Part shown: positions 1 to 10,732 of the stretch, in pieces
Layout of the letters: every line of letters starts with the position of its first letter
How positions within the stretch are numbered: position 1 is the stretch's first letter
Assembly: GCA_030390025.1 (NCBI GenBank)
Contig: JASTWF010000180.1
Span: 682,001 to 746,000 of the forward strand
Origin: Squalus acanthias
Lineage: Eukaryota
Length of the DNA stretch: 64,000 nucleotides
Reading direction: 5' to 3'
The notes under the pieces: model-generated
Databases searched by the model: none
Told to the model about the DNA's origin: nothing
What the model saw: only the letters and a program-made list of their open reading frames with translations
Program-made: the position numbers and the translations under genes

Positions 1-290
1 TCTGCGCTCACGCTAAATTAGGCAGGGTTTAAAAGAGAATTCGAAAAGTAAAATAAATCGAAGCATTTGATTCGGCGACATGAGAACTAAATAATTGCCC
101 TAATGAACGGATCCGAGTAATTAAGCCTTACAAAGCACGATTGTTGCTGTAGTTATCCATAGTCTAATGTGCATAAACCTGATGCATAAATAATGACATA
201 ACTGCAATTTGGAACTGCAAACTTACTGCATCAAAGGCAACAGATGTAATTGCGCTACTCTAGGTTTTTGTCAGGGTCTGTGGCACTGTG

Positions 291-356
291 TCACTTATGG
301 ATCAACAGCTACTCCGCTTACGTTTGGGAAAGGAACCAAACTGTTAGTAACACCAA
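291..356 (+). CDS. TRAJ: TCR alpha J segment J1
   Basis: GGTTTTTGT(263)-12-CACTGTG; TYGSTATPLTFGKGTKLLVTP; donor GTGAGT. Confidence 0.92.
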
Positions 357-641
357 GTGAGTATTGCAATATTTATTGTGTTTCTTCTAGTGTAAATACT
401 GCAGAAGGCACAGATCCCAATACCATCCTATAAAGTAACTGGAGTCCAAATACAGACATAACCGGTGGGAGAAAGGGGGTGGGGAAGAAAGGCAGATGAC
501 ATCTAGGATGAGTTACCAGGAGAAACCTATTGTGTCCATTGCCAGTAAATTGGATCAGGCGGTGGAATTTTAATAGAATGTTCATAAAATGATGAAGGGT
601 TTAAAAGAGCGAATTCGGAAAGATTATGTCCTGTGGTTGGG

Positions 642-783
642 GAAGAAAGAAAGACATAACGAAAGAAATAACGAAAGAAATAACGAAAGAAAGAGCGAAA
701 GAAAAGTAGAAGACAGAAAGACAGAAAGAAATTACGAAATAAAGAAATTATGAAAGAAAGAAAGCAAGAAAGAAAGAAAGAAA
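642..783 (+). repeat. Imperfect (GAAA)n purine microsatellite
   Basis: Runs of GAAA/GAAAGAAATAAC units. Confidence 0.85.
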
Positions 784-873
784 CTCACAGACCTACAATG
801 TTCAATGATCCGTTATTCAAGTTGCCCATCTGGTCTGGTGCCCGGAGTTTTTGCTAAGCTTTGCGGCACCGTG

Positions 874-939
874 TGCTTTCTGGAGCAGCTGGTGGCAAGC
901 TGACATTTGGAAATGGAACCAAACTGCTGGTGGAGCCAA
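874..939 (+). CDS. TRAJ: TCR alpha J segment J2
   Basis: AGTTTTTGC(846)-12-CACCGTG; LSGAAGGKLTFGNGTKLLVEP; GTAAGT. Confidence 0.92.
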
Positions 940-1447
940 GTAAGTGTTTAAGACGTTGTTCTGCCGCCGCTGGTTCCATTCTAAAATATCGCTGTATTTG
1001 GGAAGACGCACGGAGTCCAGGAAGAGCCGTAATGGCATCACCTGAACTTGTTCTCCTAGTTAGTTTAAATCCCCATTCCGGGCGCGCCTCCTCTCTCCAT
1101 CTCACTCACTTCTTTTTAATCAATGACTCCAAGACCTGACAATATGTTCACCGAAGTAAACTAAAAGCTGCCGTAAAGTTGCAACTAAGACCTTTCCCGG
1201 ACAGAGAAGCAATCGGCTGCCGATACAGGCTGGAGTCAGGCAATTCTGCACCATTTCTAATCGCACCGTGACGGAAATGATTTCCCGCCAAACAGTATAA
1301 GCGGCTCCCTTTCGCTTCGGGACATATAGGTCGCGGAGTTGCTGTCCGCGAGGTCCATTCCGCGGCCTTCTTTATGTTGCCGGTGGTATGGTTTAGTTGT
1401 CACTGGGGAAAATGGAGGGTCTTTTTGTCAGGGCGTGCACCGCTGTG

Positions 1448-1513
1448 TGAATATAGGGACAGGAGGATGGAAGACCAGCTTTGGGAGGGGGACAACTCTG
1501 ACAGTCCAACCCA
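1448..1513 (+). CDS. TRAJ: TCR alpha J segment J3
   Basis: TCTTTTTGT(1420)-12-CGCTGTG; NIGTGGWKTSFGRGTTLTVQP; GTAAGT. Confidence 0.9.
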
Positions 1514-1529
1514 GTAAGTAGATTTAAGG

Positions 1530-1622
1530 ATGAAAGGTCATCGACCTGAAACGTTAACTCTCTTTCTCTCTCCACGGATGCTGCCTGGCCTGCTGAGTTT
1601 TTCCAGCGTTTTCTGTTGTTAT
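1530..1622 (+). mobile_element. Short retroelement terminus (probably Penelope-like pseudo-LTR with a truncated hammerhead motif) with 15-bp TSD
   Basis: Flanked by direct repeat TAAGTAGATTTAAGG (1515-1529, 1623-1637); contains ATGA-a-AGGTC-atc-GACCT-GAAAC. Confidence 0.65.
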
Positions 1623-1719
1623 TAAGTAGATTTAAGGGTCCTCTCAGTGACGTTAACTGCCAGATGATCCGTCTGCGACATTACGAGGGCTAGCTCAGAA
1701 AGCTTTAGTGAGATGAATA

Positions 1720-2480
1720 TACCATCCTGCGTAAACTTGTGCTCATCCAAAACTCTGCTGCCCCGTGTCCTAACTCGCCCCAAGTCCCGTTCCCCCATCA
1801 CCCCCTGTGCTCGCTGACCTACATTGGCTCCCGGTTCGGCAATGCCTCGATATTGAAATTCTAGTTCCGATATGTAACAATAACATTTCTATTCATCAAT
1901 GTTTTTGATTTTCTTTAAATCGCACATTATCGTATTTAATCACTCACCCATACGAACAGAGACATTCTTTATATTATCCGCATTCTTCCGAGAACCCTGT
2001 GTTCCTCCAAGTCCCATTCACCCATCACCCCCTGTGCTCGCTGACCTACATTGGCTCCTGGTCCAGCTACGGCTCAATTCTAAAATTCTCATCCTTGTTT
2101 CCAAATCCCTCCATGGCCCTCGCCCCTCTCCCTGTCTCTCTAACCTCCTCCAGCCCCTACAACCCTCCAAGATCTCTGCACTCCTCCATTTCTGGCCTCT
2201 TGTGTATCCCCGATTTCCTTCGCTCCACCATCGGCCTTCAGCTGCCTGGGCCCTAAGCTCTGGAATTCCCTCCCTAAATCTCTCCGCCTCGCTACCTCTC
2301 TCTCTCCTCCGATAAGTCAGTCCTTATAACCTACCTCTTTGACCAAGCGTTTGGTCACCTGCCTTAATATCTCCTTATGTGGTTCGGTGTCAAATTTTAT
2401 CTGACAACGCTCCTGTGAAGCGTCTTGGGACGTTTTACTGCGTTAAAGGCGCTATATAAATACAAGTTGCCGTTGTTGTG
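1720..2480 (+). mobile_element. L2/CR1-clade LINE 3' fragments (partly duplicated)
   Basis: Translates to PVLADLHWL..RL..KILILV.KSLHG, the ORF2 C-terminus of L2-like LINEs; tail GCTATATAAATACAAGTTG(TTG)n. Confidence 0.8.
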
Positions 2481-2596
2481 GTAAAGCAATAGGAAGAAGC
2501 ATTAAGAAGTGCCGGTGTGTGAGGCTCTGAACTTGTAAGTGGGAGGTATGGATGCGCCACTGTCCTTGTCTTTCTATCGATATCTGTGCACACAAC

Positions 2597-2781
2597 GGGG
2601 GTAATTTTAACTTTGCTCGATGGGGTAAAATAGGCGATCTAGAATCTGACGCCCGTTATACGCCTCGCCTGATTTTCCTTCCCATTAAAGTCAATGAAAG
2701 GCGAAGTCGGGCGGACGTACTGCGGACGGCTAACCCGAGAGCGCCCGTTTTACTCTATCGCCCACAGTTGGAATTACACCC
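2597..2781. mobile_element. Degenerate palindromic MITE-like element
   Basis: Imperfect inverted ends GGGGGTAATTTTAACT / AGTTGGAATTACACCC, inner GGCGAT/ATCGCC, centre CCATTAAAGTCAATG. Confidence 0.5.
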
Positions 2782-3118
2782 AGTGGAACTGTTGGTCCGA
2801 AATGTACATTAGAATTCAGTGAAACATCAATAATAATGTCGCACATAAACAGGGCCAAATCCAAAATGTTAGGAAGCAGCTGATGAAGATGGTAATGTGG
2901 GCGATGATGATAATTATTATTGCTACACTTCAGAAAAAAGTACTTCATTTGGCTTTGAAGCGCATTGAGGCGTCCTGAAGTCTTTAAGGCCGCCCTATAA
3001 TTTCCAGTTGCATCTATATCACTATCGTTCTCGCATTCATCAAGTCATTGACAGCAATGCTATTACCATTGGCATGGTGTCTGCTGCTTATGTTTTTGCT
3101 GTGGTGTTAGTTACTGTG

Positions 3119-3181
3119 TGAATCAAGGAGCAGGTTACGGGCTCACCTTTGGAAACGGGACCAAATTGTCTGTAGTACCCA
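3119..3181 (+). CDS. TRAJ: TCR alpha J segment J4
   Basis: TGTTTTTGC(3091)-12-TACTGTG; NQGAGYGLTFGNGTKLSVVP; GTAAGT. Confidence 0.92.
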
Positions 3182-3199
3182 GTAAGTACAACATCATAA

Positions 3200-3604
3200 A
3201 GACCGTGCATTTATATGGCGCCTTTAATGTAGTAAAACGCCCCAGGTCACTTCACAGAAAGCGAAATCTGACAACAAATAACACCGAGCCAAAGTAGGCC
3301 ATATTAGCAGCGGGTGCTTGGTCAAAGAGGTAGGGTTTAAGTAGAGTCTTCAAGGAAGAGAAGTAGAGAGGCTGAGATGTTTAGGGAGGGAATTCCAGAG
3401 TTAGGACCTAGAAGGCTGTAGGCGCGGCCGCCAAAGTTGGGGCGAAAGAAGTGGGGGATGCACACAAGAGGCCAGAATTAGAGGAGCTCAGATATCTCAG
3501 AGGGTTGCGGGGCTGGAGGAGGTTAGAGAGATAGCGAGGGGCGAGGTCATGGAGGGATTTGAAATCAAGGATGAGAATTTTTAAATTGAGCTGTAACTGG
3601 ACCA
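3200..3604 (-). mobile_element. L2-like LINE 3' fragment (continues at 3981-4030)
   Basis: Reverse complement of the 2030-2470 element; KILILDFKSLHDLAPRYLSNLLQP. Confidence 0.8.
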
Positions 3605-3980
3605 TAGGATTATAGCGGATATATGGCACAGAAACAGGCCATTCGGCCCAACCAGTCCATGCCGGCGTTTATGCTCCACTCGAGCATCCTCCCGTCTTTC
3701 CTCATCTAAATCTATCAGCGTAACCCTCTATTCCCTTCTCCCTCATCTGCTTGTCTAGCCTCCCCTTAAACGCATCGATACTATTCGCTTCAACCGCTCT
3801 CTGTGGTAGCGAGTTCCACATTCTCACCACTCTCTGGGTAAAGAAGTTTCTTCTGAATTCCCTATTGGATTTCTTGGTGACTATCTTATATTGATGGCCT
3901 CGAGTTATGCTCTTCCTCACAAGTGGAAACATTCCCTCTGTATCCACTCTTTCAACATTTTTCATCATTTTATAGACCTC
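3605..3980 (-). mobile_element. CR1-type LINE 3' fragment nested in the L2-like element
   Basis: EVYKMMK..RVD..MFPL..TRGH..RRNFFTQRVVRMWNSLP, the CR1 ORF2 C-terminus. Confidence 0.85.
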
Positions 3981-4856
3981 TAGGAGCCAATGTAGGTCAG
4001 CGAGCACAGGGATGTTGTGTGAACGGGACTTGGAGGAACAGAGACTTCTCGGAATAATGTTGATAATATCAAGAATGTTTCTGTTCGTGTGTGTGTGTGA
4101 TTAATTACGATAATGTGCGATTTCAAGAAAACAGAAAAATGATGAATAGAAATGTTATTGTAAAACAACAAGTGTAAGGTACAGTGTGTGGAGATCAACT
4201 ATGCGTCCGGCTATAGCTCAGGTGTCTTTATCTATTTCATATGGGATGGAACTGTATGTATGCCTAGTGAGTATTCTAATTGCTTTATTTAATGAGACGC
4301 TAAGCAGTATCTTTCGTCCCAACTCCATCGTTGAGAGAACGATTTCCACCTACATTTATCAAACAAATAATAGGCTGATAGACATAATGTAAAATCATCC
4401 ATTCAACTTTATATAAATTATAGCATAACGTTACTTTTAGTGAATGAAGCATAACTGACTATTACGCTTATTTCAAATAACAATCTTATTAATATTACTT
4501 CTCATTCATTCAATGTGTACAAAACTGATAGTGCAGCATTGACTGAGGTAAATTATAATGTAGCTCTCCTGTGTTGTCTAGAATTAAAGCCGAATTGCAT
4601 TTTGAAATGTACAGGACGTGAGTTTGTTTTTAAAGTTTGAACACTTCGTAATCAAACATCAGTTAATATATTTCTTAACGCGTATGAAGACGGCGTGACT
4701 GACTTGCTAGAATCGAGATTAGGTTGGAAACCAAAATTAAGACAAATAAGGTGATAGATGAATGCAAGGAGAGATGTAGATAATGGGGAGATGCAGATGG
4801 ATGCTTGCGTGCAGTTATCTGGCGGGGCGGTTTTTGTCCTGTATTGTGATACTGTG

Positions 4857-4919
4857 TGACTCAAAGTGGGAGCTTCAAGCTTATATTCGGCGATGGAACT
4901 AAACTCTCGGTATTGCCCA
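4857..4919 (+). CDS. TRAJ: TCR alpha J segment J5
   Basis: GGTTTTTGT(4829)-12-TACTGTG; TQSGSFKLIFGDGTKLSVLP; GTAAGT. Confidence 0.92.
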
Positions 4920-5254
4920 GTAAGTATATCCTTATCATATTGCAAACATGTAGCCACAGGTTAGATTTTGTTTTACAGGGAAATTGTTGCAATCCTGGAA
5001 AGTTGCAGGTAAAAACTAAGAAAAATAAATGAATGCAATTGGGCGAAGGGAAAGCGCTAAAGGCGTTCCTAAACGTTTCGAAAACACAACATAATTCTTT
5101 CGACGAGTCTTGCCGCTCAGCTTAAAGCATAACTATGGAAGAATAGAGTTAAATGAAGAGGGGTGGCGTATAAACGCCGGCCTGTTCCTGCGCTGTAGAC
5201 TCTGTGTAATTCTATGTAATATCTCAGAACGCTATGTAAAGCAACACCATACAT

Positions 5255-5838
5255 GTATTTCTAGACTTGACTATTTCAACGCACTCCTGGCTGGCCTCCC
5301 ATCTTCCACCCTCCGTAAACTTGAGGTCATCCAAAACTTGGCTGCCCGTGTCCTAACTCACACCAGGTCCAGTTCACCCATCTCCCCTGTGCTTGCTGAC
5401 CTACATCGGCTCCCGGTTAAGCAGCGCCTCGATTTCAAAATTCTCATCCTTGTTTTCAAATCCCTCCATGGCCTCGCCCCTTCCTATCTCTGTAATCTCC
5501 TTCAGCCCCACAACCCCCAGAGATATCTGCGCTCCTCTAATTTTGCCCTCCTGAGCATCCCTGATTATAATCGCTCCAGCATTGGTGGCCGTGCCTTCTG
5601 TTGCCTAGGCCCCAAGCTCTGGAATTCCCTGCCCTAAACCTCTCCGCCTCGCTACCTCACTTTCCTCCTTTAAGACGCTCCTTAAAACCCTACCTCTTTG
5701 ACCAAGCTTTTGGTCACCTGCCCTAATTTATCCTTATGTGGCTCGGTGTCAAATTTTTTGTCTTAAAATACTCCTGTGCAGCGCCTTGGGACGTTTTACT
5801 ACGTTAAAGGCGCTATCTAAATACAAGTTGCTATTGTT
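5255..5838 (+). mobile_element. L2-like LINE 3' fragment
   Basis: SRLDYFNALLAGLP..IQNLAARVLT..LHRLPVKQRLDFKIL..GGRAF..GPKLWNSLP. Confidence 0.88.
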
Positions 5839-6052
5839 GGAGATTGCTCCGGTCGCTAACTTTAGCCGAATGACGCGTGCCTGCTTATCGCGTTACACAT
5901 AGCGAACAGAGCAATTCTTCCCCATCATTGTTAATGAGGGTAAAAGGTGACCCAAATATCTGATCGTGTAAGCGACGCCGAAGGATATCGAAAACTCCTG
6001 TTAGACAGTGAGCGTCGTGGGGAAGGTTTCTGTCACCTTGTGAACGACTGTG

Positions 6053-6118
6053 TGAGATTTGGAACGGGTACTGGGAGGCAAAGCTTTGGCAGCGGGACCA
6101 AGCTGATCGTGGAGCCCA
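6053..6118 (+). CDS. TRAJ: TCR alpha J segment J6
   Basis: GGTTTCTGT(6025)-12-GACTGTG; RFGTGTGRQSFGSGTKLIVEP; GTAAGT. Confidence 0.9.
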
Positions 6119-6439
6119 GTAAGTAGCCGTTCATATTTGGGAATATTTAGACGCTTTATTTGCTTTTGAACAAAAAACAAATAGGTGAGCTTCAGTAAAT
6201 GTTGTTAATTATAAGGAGAGCGATCAACAGACAGAAGGTATAGCTATCCAGTTATTGATATATTTGCACTCTGAATTGCTTTTATTTCTGTCTGTCTCCC
6301 AGACCACAAATTGAAATGAGATTTGAAAAAAGCATGCATTAGAACATGCTAAGAAAAATGCACAGAAACCACCACCCTGTCCTGGGGTCTCAACTTTTTT
6401 TTACCATATATATTATTGACTTGGATGAAAGGATGGAGA

Positions 6440-7640
6440 ATTGCATTTCCACGTTTGAGATGACACTGTGTTAGGAGGCACGGTCACTTGTGTGGATGGT
6501 AGCAGGAAGTTAAAACGGGAGCTAGCCGGACTAAGATGGGGTAAAGTAATCAAAAAGGCGTATGGAATGCTGGCCTTTATCTCACAGGGTCTGGAAGAAC
6601 ACACGTGAAGAAAGTTTTGCTTCAATTGTACTGAGCCTTGGTCAGACCCTATCTGGAGTACTGCATTCAGGTTTTTTTAAATTTTATGTGGGAGTCACTG
6701 GCAAGGTTGGCATTTATTGCCCATCCCTAATTGCCCTTGGAGAAGGTGGTGGCGAGCCGCCTTCTTGAACCGCAGAAAAATCAACCACATTGCTGTGGGT
6801 CTGGAGTCACATATAGACCAGACCAGGTAAAGACGGCAGATTTTCTTCCCTAAAGGACATTAGATGGGTTTTTAGGACAATCTGGTAGTATTCATGGTCA
6901 CCATTACTGATGCTAGAATTTAATTCCAGTTTTATTTAATTAATTGAATTTAAATTCCCCAGTTGCCCGTGGTGGGATTTGAACTCACGCCTATCAGATC
7001 ATTAATCCAGGTCTCTGGTTTACTAGTCCAGTAAAATAACCACTCTGCTACCGTACCCGTTTTGGGCACTGCACCTTAGGGAGGATACATTGGCCTTGGC
7101 AGGGGCTACAGTACAGTACAGTGCAGATTCAGCAGAATGATATCGGGGCTCAAAGAGGTAAGTTACGAATATCGCTGGTATAAACTTGCCTGGAGTTCAG
7201 AAGGTTGACGGGTTGATCTAATCGAGGTGCTGAAACCATAAAGGCATTCGAAAGATGCAGAAAAAAATCTATTTGCTCTGATGGGGAAATCCAGAACAAG
7301 GAGGCATAATTTTAAAATTAGAGCCAAGCCTTTTAGGAATGAAATCAGGCGGCACATTTTTCACACAAAGGGCAGTGGAAATTTAGAAATCTCCTCAGCA
7401 AAATACACCAGCTGCTGGGCGAATTTCACTTTTAAAGGCTGTGATCGATAGATTGCTGTTAGAGTTGTCAGGGGCTGAATGAGCTACTCCTGTTCCTATA
7501 TTCCTTGTTAGGTAAGGGTACCAAGAGATATGGAGCGAGGGCAGTAAGTTGAGTTGAGGTACGGATCAGCCAGCACCGAATAGAATGATGGAACAGGCTC
7601 AGGGGCTGTGTAGCACATTCCTGTTTCTATGACCCTGTGT
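6440..7640 (+). mobile_element. Decayed CR1 LINE fragment interrupted by a SINE
   Basis: Homologous to 10733-11695 (GGAATGCTGGCCTTTAT.., CTGGAGTACTGCATTCAG|TTTTGGGCAC.., GATCTAATCGAGG..). Confidence 0.7.
6671..7058 (-). mobile_element. tRNA-derived SINE with LINE-like 3' tail
   Basis: Minus strand has A box TAGCAGAGTGG and B box GAGTTCAAATCC; tail AAGGGCAATTAGGGATGGGCAATAAATG also present at 8100-8197, 9960-10020 and 10238-10310. Confidence 0.75.
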
Positions 7641-7707
7641 TCCAACGTCGTTAAGTATAAACAAGCTATCCACCAATATAGTTTTTGTCATGGAATTTGG
7701 CACTGTG

Positions 7708-7767
7708 AGAATTACGCAGGTAGTAAGCTAACGTTTGGAAGCGGGACGAAGGTGTCAGTCGAACCCA
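7708..7767 (+). CDS. TRAJ: TCR alpha J segment J7
   Basis: AGTTTTTGT(7680)-12-CACTGTG; NYAGSKLTFGSGTKVSVEP; GTAAGT. Confidence 0.92.
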
Positions 7768-7981
7768 GTAAGTAATGCGTCAAGAACTTGTTGAAAACTG
7801 CTTTAACACGTTTTGTTGCGTTCCATTAAATGTGGATTCTCCGCTGACACAATAGACTGATTAAAAAACGAGAGCAGGCAATAAGTCCCTTTAAAAAAAA
7901 GAGTAGCACTCGAGTGACTGTTAATGCAAATGTCTTTATACCTGCTGTGGGATAGATTTTGTCAAGCGGTTTAGCACTGTG

Positions 7982-8044
7982 TGAATACTGGATCAGCAAT
8001 GGAACTCACATTCGGAAGTGGAACTAGACTGACTGTCCAGCCGA
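7982..8044 (+). CDS. TRAJ: TCR alpha J segment J8
   Basis: AGATTTTGT(7954)-12-CACTGTG; NTGSAMELTFGSGTRLTVQP; GTAAGT. Confidence 0.9.
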
Positions 8045-8851
8045 GTAAGTTGGCATTTGCAATTTGTTCAGCATTTCGCTCTCTCAACACCAATGTTTTT
8101 GAATTAATTCTGGGGCTGTGGGCGTCGCTAGCCAGGCCAGTCTTTATTGCCCATTTCTAGTTGCCCTTGAAAAGATGGTGGTGAGCCTTCTTCTTAACCC
8201 AGATTAAGTCCATGTTATTGCTTGTATTTCTTAACAAACCACGTTTGTCCAGTAGCAAGGATGAGAATAGCATAATGAACACAATTGACAATTATGACAA
8301 TACTGAAATAAGATTTATTTGTGTGTTATGTGTAACGAAATCGTAACTAGGTCTCCCATATCAGAGATCCATGGGAAATCACATGATATGTTTCTCAAAC
8401 ATTAAGCGATACTTGACTGACAACCGGTAAAAAAAAAACCAGGGAAAGGATGAAGTACTTTTATAAAAGCATAAACTGCATTTGGCGCCGTTAAATTGAG
8501 ATCGAATTAATACAAGTATAATTCTAACCTCCCTTCCTCATTGCACAATGATTGAGTCCTGTGGCAAAATCATTCTAAAATACTGGGGGGGAAAGTAATA
8601 AACGTTAGCACTGATGCATCATTATCTTTTAGGGGAGATGCTGTGCAGCTGAAGGATCTGAATACCGGGTCAAATTCAGACACGATAGTGGACATATGGT
8701 ACTAACTTGCTCAATTAATTCAAAACGGAACAGTCTCTCACCAAATGCCTATATTGGACCAGTCGCATAGAATTACAATTTACTGCTTTATGGCTTAAGA
8801 GGAATAACAAAAAGACAAATATTGGAAAATGCAACTGGAAAGCGTTCTTGC

Positions 8852-8925
8852 GGCCGGTTGGCTCAGTTGGTTAGAGCATGTTGCTTATTGATGCCAAGGT
8901 CACCGGTTCGATCCCGTGTACCGAT
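8852..8925 (+). pseudogene. tRNA-Ile(AAT)-like pseudogene / SINE head
   Basis: GGCCGGTTGGCTCAGTTGGTTAGAGC..GCCAAGGTC..GGTTCGATCCC closely follows vertebrate tRNA-Ile; anticodon arm and acceptor 3' strand are disrupted. Confidence 0.75.
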
Positions 8926-8944
8926 GAAGTAATTGTAAAGATAC

Positions 8945-9050
8945 AAATTTGCAGGACTATGTAGGGAAAGAACTAATTGTACAGCTCGTTCAAAGAGCCA
9001 GCACAGGCACGATGTGCCGCATGGCCTCTTTCTGTGCTGTAAGATTCTAC
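8945..9050 (+). mobile_element. CR1-type 3' UTR fragment
   Basis: AGCTC..CAAAGAGCCAGCACAGGCACGATG..TGGCCTCTTTCTGTGCTGTAAGATTCTA matches the tail at 11600-11690. Confidence 0.7.
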
Positions 9051-9103
9051 ATTAGACGTCCTGTGCGCCGATGGGGGTTTTTGTAAGTATCTTTAACACT
9101 GTG

Positions 9104-9169
9104 TGAATTCTGGAGGAGCAGCTGGCAAGTTAATATTCGGAAGCGGGACGAAATTATTAGTAGAACCCA
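9104..9169 (+). CDS. TRAJ: TCR alpha J segment J9
   Basis: GGTTTTTGT(9076)-12-CACTGTG; NSGGAAGKLIFGSGTKLLVEP; GTAAGT. Confidence 0.93.
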
Positions 9170-9660
9170 GTAAGTATCGGAAAATAATTTCATGGCAATT
9201 ATTCAAACGTCAAATGCTCCCTGTAAAGGTTTCACCTATTGTTATAGTTATGGCGAGAAGAAGAAAAATATTGAAAACGGTGATAAATGTGCGCTGACTG
9301 TCCCTCATCGGTTTTAGACTTATTGGCAACATTTGGGATTTAAACGGGCGAAAGTTACGTAAATACATGCACATCAAACAAGAAAGATTAGTGCAAAATA
9401 ACTTAATTAGGGCTTAGCGTTGGAGGTCGATCTGTTGGGTGGTTAGTAGCATTGATAGAATGAATAGTCGTATATTGCAGGTGATACCATTATAATTTCT
9501 GATACAATCGATAGCCATATTACTGGGATGTGAAATGTGCGATTGGATGTGCCAGTGAATAGAATGGTAAGGCTGAGGTTCTTGGTTGTAAATCAAGAGG
9601 AGCAATGATAGGCGAAGGTGAGGTGTAGTTGAGGTTATTGTTCGGGTGTTTATCGATGTG

Positions 9661-9726
9661 TGGCGTCTGGAGGTGCAGGGAACAAGCTCATCTTTGGCCC
9701 AGGGACCACATTGGCCGTGGTACCAA
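9661..9726 (+). CDS. TRAJ: TCR alpha J segment J10
   Basis: GGTTATTGT(9633)-12-CGATGTG; ASGGAGNKLIFGPGTTLAVVP; GTAAGT. Confidence 0.88.
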
Positions 9727-9797
9727 GTAAGTACTGTGTATGATAGCGTGATATCAGCATCCACACAATAGAATTATTTTGCTCGCCAATTCTGTAG

Positions 9798-10020
9798 CGC
9801 GCATGGGAACACCACCACCTCCAAGTTCCCCTCCAAGTCACACACCATCCTGAATTGGAAATTTATCGGCCGTTCCTTCTTCGTCGCTTGGTCAAATTCC
9901 TGGAATTCCCTACCTAACAGCACTGTGGGAGTACCTTCACCACACGGACTGCAGCGGTTCAAGAAGGCGGCTCACCACCACCTTCTCAAGGGCAATTAGG
10001 GATGGGCAATAAATGCTGGG
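9798..10020 (+). mobile_element. LINE 3' end fragment
   Basis: ..TCCTGGAATTCCCTACCTAAC (WNSLP)..TTCAAGAAGGCGGCTCACCACCACCTTCTCAAGGGCAATTAGGGATGGGCAATAAATG. Confidence 0.75.
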
Positions 10021-10104
10021 TAGTGTCGCTAAGCTAGTGAATGTTAATGCAGATGCCTTTATACCTACTGCGGGATAGATTTTGTCAAGCGGTTTAGCAC
10101 TGTG

Positions 10105-10167
10105 TGAATACTGGATCAGTAGGCAAACTCACATTTGGAAATGGAACTAGACTGACTGTCCAGCCAA
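10105..10167 (+). CDS. TRAJ: TCR alpha J segment J11 (paralog of J8)
   Basis: AGATTTTGT(10077)-12-CACTGTG; NTGSVGKLTFGNGTRLTVQP; GTAAGT. Confidence 0.9.
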
Positions 10168-10732
10168 GTAAGTTGTCATTTGCAATATGTTTAGAATTTC
10201 TCTGTGTAAACACAAATGTTTTTTTGTTAAATTAATTCTCGGGCAATTAGGGATGGACCATAAATGCTGACCTTGCCAGCGACGCTCACATCCCGTGAAT
10301 GAATAGGAAAAATTGAAGTGAAAAATGAATCAAAGTCATAGACATGAAGTATAGCCAATCGGGATAGGTACGGGAGGGTTAGTACTTAGCATGTAATCCT
10401 CTCCCGTGATATTTTAGTGGCACCGTTTTTTTAAAAAACGAGCAAAAATGTTACGTGTCTTCATATACATTCTTTGATTAATCAAATAATCGCTTAACAT
10501 GAGACATTACAACCTTTATTTGAAAAAGCATACACGTATTGGCAAATGGTTTTAGAAATGATATTTTTAAGTGTATAATGAGGTCAAACATTTATATTTC
10601 TAAGCTAACGACAGGCTGGTCTGAATTGCATTACTGTGCTTCTAATTTGCTAATTGTAGACTGACAAGAAGTATATGACTATCGAGATATATATATATTA
10701 AATTATCAAAGTTAAACCGTCACATTAAGGAA

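Noticed and set aside
2730-2948. Minus-strand ORF containing 'HFGPT' as an inverted J
   Set aside because: No FGxG, no RSS and no donor in the expected positions.
4153-4190. Possible 23-spacer RSS or D segment (TGTTATTGT...CAGTGTG)
   Set aside because: The spacing is 18-20 bp, the nonamer-like part belongs to the inverted repeat, and there is no partner RSS.
8852-8925. Functional tRNA gene
   Set aside because: The anticodon stem-loop and acceptor stem pairing are disrupted; reported as pseudogene / SINE head instead.
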